Under the pieces are notes generated by a model, which did no database searches, was not told where the DNA came from, and saw only the letters and a list, made by a program, of their open reading frames with translations. This document shows positions 61,908 through 64,000 of a stretch of DNA of 64,000 nucleotides, piece by piece. This DNA comes from an uncultured bacterium. Its GTDB lineage: Bacteria > Omnitrophota > Omnitrophia > Omnitrophales > Aquincolibacteriaceae. How positions within the stretch are numbered: position 1 is the first letter of the stretch; every line of letters starts with the position of its first letter. Where the stretch lies: the NCBI GenBank assembly GCA_964562525.1, contig CAZLTL010000006.1, positions 31,187 to 95,186 on the forward strand. The letters are read 5' to 3'. The translations under genes and the position numbers were made by a program.

Positions 61908-63028
61908 CAGACCGGAGACCGGAGGCCGTAAGATCGGGCGGCGCTAAAGAGTATCAGCGGATTAAAAAAACGCTTTCGCTAGTTCATTTATTTTTAACGC
62001 CCGCGTTATTGGCTTTGTGGATTTTTACTCCGCTCTCCATCATGGTACAAGAGTTCGCAGTGTCAGCTTCGGATATTGCTTTCTTGCAAGTTGCTTTGTT
62101 TTTTCTTCTTTTTTCTTTGTTCTTTTTTATTATTGATTTGCCTTTGTCGTTTTATTCTGGGTTTGTAATTGAGCACCGCTTTCAGGTTTCTAATTTAACT
62201 TTCTTAGGTTGGCTGCGCGAAAATGGGAAACGCTCCTTACTTTCATTTGTTTTCTCGCTGGTGTTAATTCAGGGATTGTATTTTTTGATTGAGCGCCGTA
62301 CTTCAGATTGGTGGTTATGGGCTTGGGCGGCTTATGCCGGCGTGAGTTTTATTATGGGCAAGCTTTTTCCGGTATTTATCGTGCCGCTTTTTTATAAATA
62401 TCAGCCTTTGCCCGAAGGTGAGTTAAAAGACAGAATCTTGGCGTTGCTTAAACGGTTTGGGTTGCCGGCTGCGAATCTTTTTTCAATTAATTTAAGCAAG
62501 ACAACTAAAAAAGCGAATGCGGCTTTTATGGGGTTAGGGAAAACGAAGCGTGTTGTGTTGAGCGATACTTTACTTGAGAATTTTACTCCCGCCGAAATCG
62601 AGCAAGTAGTCGCGCATGAGCTTGGACATTTTAAACATCAGGACATCTGGAAACAGCTTGGGTTGGGACTTTCTATTTCTTTGATTTGTTTTTATCTTGG
62701 GTACCAGGGTGTTGAAAATATGCTTTCGGTTGCCGGGCTTGAGACAGCGGCGGATGTGGCGGGGTTACCGCTTTTGATGCTGATTTTTTTGGGTGTGTCT
62801 TATGTCAGTATGCCAATTACGAATGGCTTTTCGCGGAGCTGTGAATTCGCGGCGGATCGGTTTGCCTTGGATGCTTGTCGCGATCGCGATACGTTTATTT
62901 CAATGATGAATAAGCTGGGAAAACTCAATTTGTCGGACCCCGATCCTGCGCCATGGTATGAGTTTATTTTTTACAGTCATCCTTCGAATAAGAAAAGAAT
63001 CGCTGCTGCGCAGAGTTGGAAATCATGA
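61904..63028 (+). CDS. M48-family (Ste24/HtpX-like) membrane zinc metallopeptidase
   Basis: Multiple TM helices, HELGHFKH, and a downstream EFAADRFA. The N-terminus (MTDRRPEAVRSG) is encoded by a heptamer repeat. Confidence 0.85.
   Translation: MTDRRPEAVRSGGAKEYQRIKKTLSLVHLFLTPALLALWIFTPLSIMVQEFAVSASDIAFLQVALFFLLFSLFFFIIDLPLSFYSGFVIEHRFQVSNLTFLGWLRENGKRSLLSFVFSLVLIQGLYFLIERRTSDWWLWAWAAYAGVSFIMGKLFPVFIVPLFYKYQPLPEGELKDRILALLKRFGLPAANLFSINLSKTTKKANAAFMGLGKTKRVVLSDTLLENFTPAEIEQVVAHELGHFKHQDIWKQLGLGLSISLICFYLGYQGVENMLSVAGLETAADVAGLPLLMLIFLGVSYVSMPITNGFSRSCEFAADRFALDACRDRDTFISMMNKLGKLNLSDPDPAPWYEFIFYSHPSNKKRIAAAQSWKS
61909..61929 (+). repeat. In-frame heptamer triplet AGACCGG AGACCGG AGGCCGT at the 5' end of the M48 peptidase gene
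   Basis: CAGACCGGAGACCGGAGG (61908-61925) is identical over 18 nt to 14014-14031 inside ORF A. Confidence 0.8.
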
Positions 63029-64000
63029 AATTAAAACGAAGTAGATGCAATAATCTTTTGAGTGCATGGACAGTCTTGGGTCTATTGTCTTTGGTCTGTT
63101 GTCCCGCGCTTTGCGCTGCGGAACAAAGTTTTGCCGAGAAACGTGAGCAAACCCAATATGAACGCCGTCTCCAGATGCTGGCTCAGCGTTATCAGCGTGC
63201 GCCTGCCGGAACCGTGGACTTTCCGCAAGAGCTGATGGCTGTTGATTACATCAATGAAGGTTATAAGCTTTTTGAAAAAAATCAATATGACTTAGCGCTC
63301 AAAGCCGCACAAGAAGCTCTGAAATATGACAAAAAAAGCCCCGTTGCGCATGAGTTGAGCGGAGATGTTTATTATTTGCGGCAAGATCTCACCAAAGCGA
63401 ATGAGCATTACCGCGAAGCGTTTAAATTGGAACCTGTTTCCCGGCTTAAAGATAAGCTTGAAAAATTAGGCAGGGAAACAAATGTTGAACAAAGTTTTGA
63501 AACGGTGGAAGAAGAGCATTTTCTAATTAAATATAACGGTAACCAAAGCGATTATGAGGGCTTTGAGCTCAAAACGATGCTGCGTGAAACCTACTTAGCC
63601 ATCGCCAAAGAAATTGCGCATTATTTGAATCATAAAACGACCGTCCTTTTTTATGACGCGGGAAACTTTCATTCTGTTGCGAATTTATCGCATTGGATTG
63701 GCGGGCTTTACGACGGAAAAGTCAGGCTCCCGGTTCATCCGCGGGGATTCGGGGAAAAGCAATTGCGCGCGGTGGCGCGGCACGAATTAACCCATGTGTT
63801 TTTGGATGACTTGGGTAAAAAGAAAACTCCGGTTTGGCTGCATGAAGGATTCGCCGTGTATCAGCAGAATAAAGTCGAGCCTTTGCCTGCGTCGTCGCTT
63901 TTTGTTTTACGGGATGAGAAAAACCTCATTCCTCTGCATAGTCTTTTCAATTCAGCGACATTTGAAAGCCACAAAAATGATGAGGCCTGGATGAGTTTGT
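63025..64000 (+). CDS. Secreted TPR plus MA-clan zinc-peptidase-like protein (partial, runs off the right edge)
   Basis: The ATG at 63025 overlaps the M48 stop (ATGA). The frame stays open to base 64000, so the ORF is absent from the track. Signal peptide MKLKRSRCNNLLSAWTVLGLLSLVCCPALCAAEQ, TPR-like segment, then ARHELTHVF...WLHEGFAVY (HExxH plus E). Confidence 0.7.
   Translation, partial: MKLKRSRCNNLLSAWTVLGLLSLVCCPALCAAEQSFAEKREQTQYERRLQMLAQRYQRAPAGTVDFPQELMAVDYINEGYKLFEKNQYDLALKAAQEALKYDKKSPVAHELSGDVYYLRQDLTKANEHYREAFKLEPVSRLKDKLEKLGRETNVEQSFETVEEEHFLIKYNGNQSDYEGFELKTMLRETYLAIAKEIAHYLNHKTTVLFYDAGNFHSVANLSHWIGGLYDGKVRLPVHPRGFGEKQLRAVARHELTHVFLDDLGKKKTPVWLHEGFAVYQQNKVEPLPASSLFVLRDEKNLIPLHSLFNSATFESHKNDEAWMSL

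Overview
A 64-kb bacterial chromosomal window. It uses the standard genetic code: TGA, TAG and TAA all terminate well-recognised genes here. Almost all genes are on the + strand.

Ordinary content, in order:
- a CusRS-like two-component pair
- an AAA-type ATPase plus a GAF/HD-GYP protein
- a division/cell-wall (dcw) cluster: murE-murF-mraY-murD-[giant ORF]-ftsW-murG-murC-murB-ddl-ftsQ-ftsA
- an MlaC-like protein and an MMPL/RND exporter
- a complete glycine-cleavage operon (gcvT-gcvH-gcvPA-gcvPB) followed by a lipoate-ligase-like gene
- a UvrD/PcrA helicase
- a tail of TPR, PlsC, EEP-phosphatase, M48 and MA-type peptidase genes

No rRNA, tRNA, CRISPR array, transposase or integrase was recognised.

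The unusual content is a three-member family of very large paralogous ORFs:
- A: 3,532 aa, 12435-23033, sitting inside the dcw cluster
- B: 1,141 aa, 41847-45272
- C: 4,733 aa, 45438-59639

All three share:
- an N-terminal signal peptide
- a head module of about 500 aa with motifs QDAH...EG...GGFH(A/S)EG, read here as TraB/TIKI/ChaN-like
- a tail module of about 300 aa ending in ...QSA

ORF B is essentially head plus tail. A and C carry long strings of unrelated enzyme-like cargo domains between head and tail:
- A: M50-like membrane metalloprotease, MBL-fold hydrolase, cNMP-binding domain, J-domain
- C: DHH [15 protein letters not shown], two DUF218/YdcF-like modules, a nucleotidyltransferase, a Rossmann-like module

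The cargo modules are punctuated by a recurrent peptide motif, R-S-E-x-R, with 14 exact copies. It is conserved at the amino-acid level rather than the codon level. This suggests a polyprotein or processing-site architecture.

A second layer is a dispersed set of heptanucleotide tandem repeats. Intergenic copies have five units. Copies inside ORFs have exactly three units (21 nt, which preserves the frame). One sits at the same loop of all three head modules with a different heptamer in each paralog.

Taxonomy cannot be assigned from the sequence alone. Giant multi-domain ORFs have been reported from uncultivated lineages, but the link to this window is speculation.
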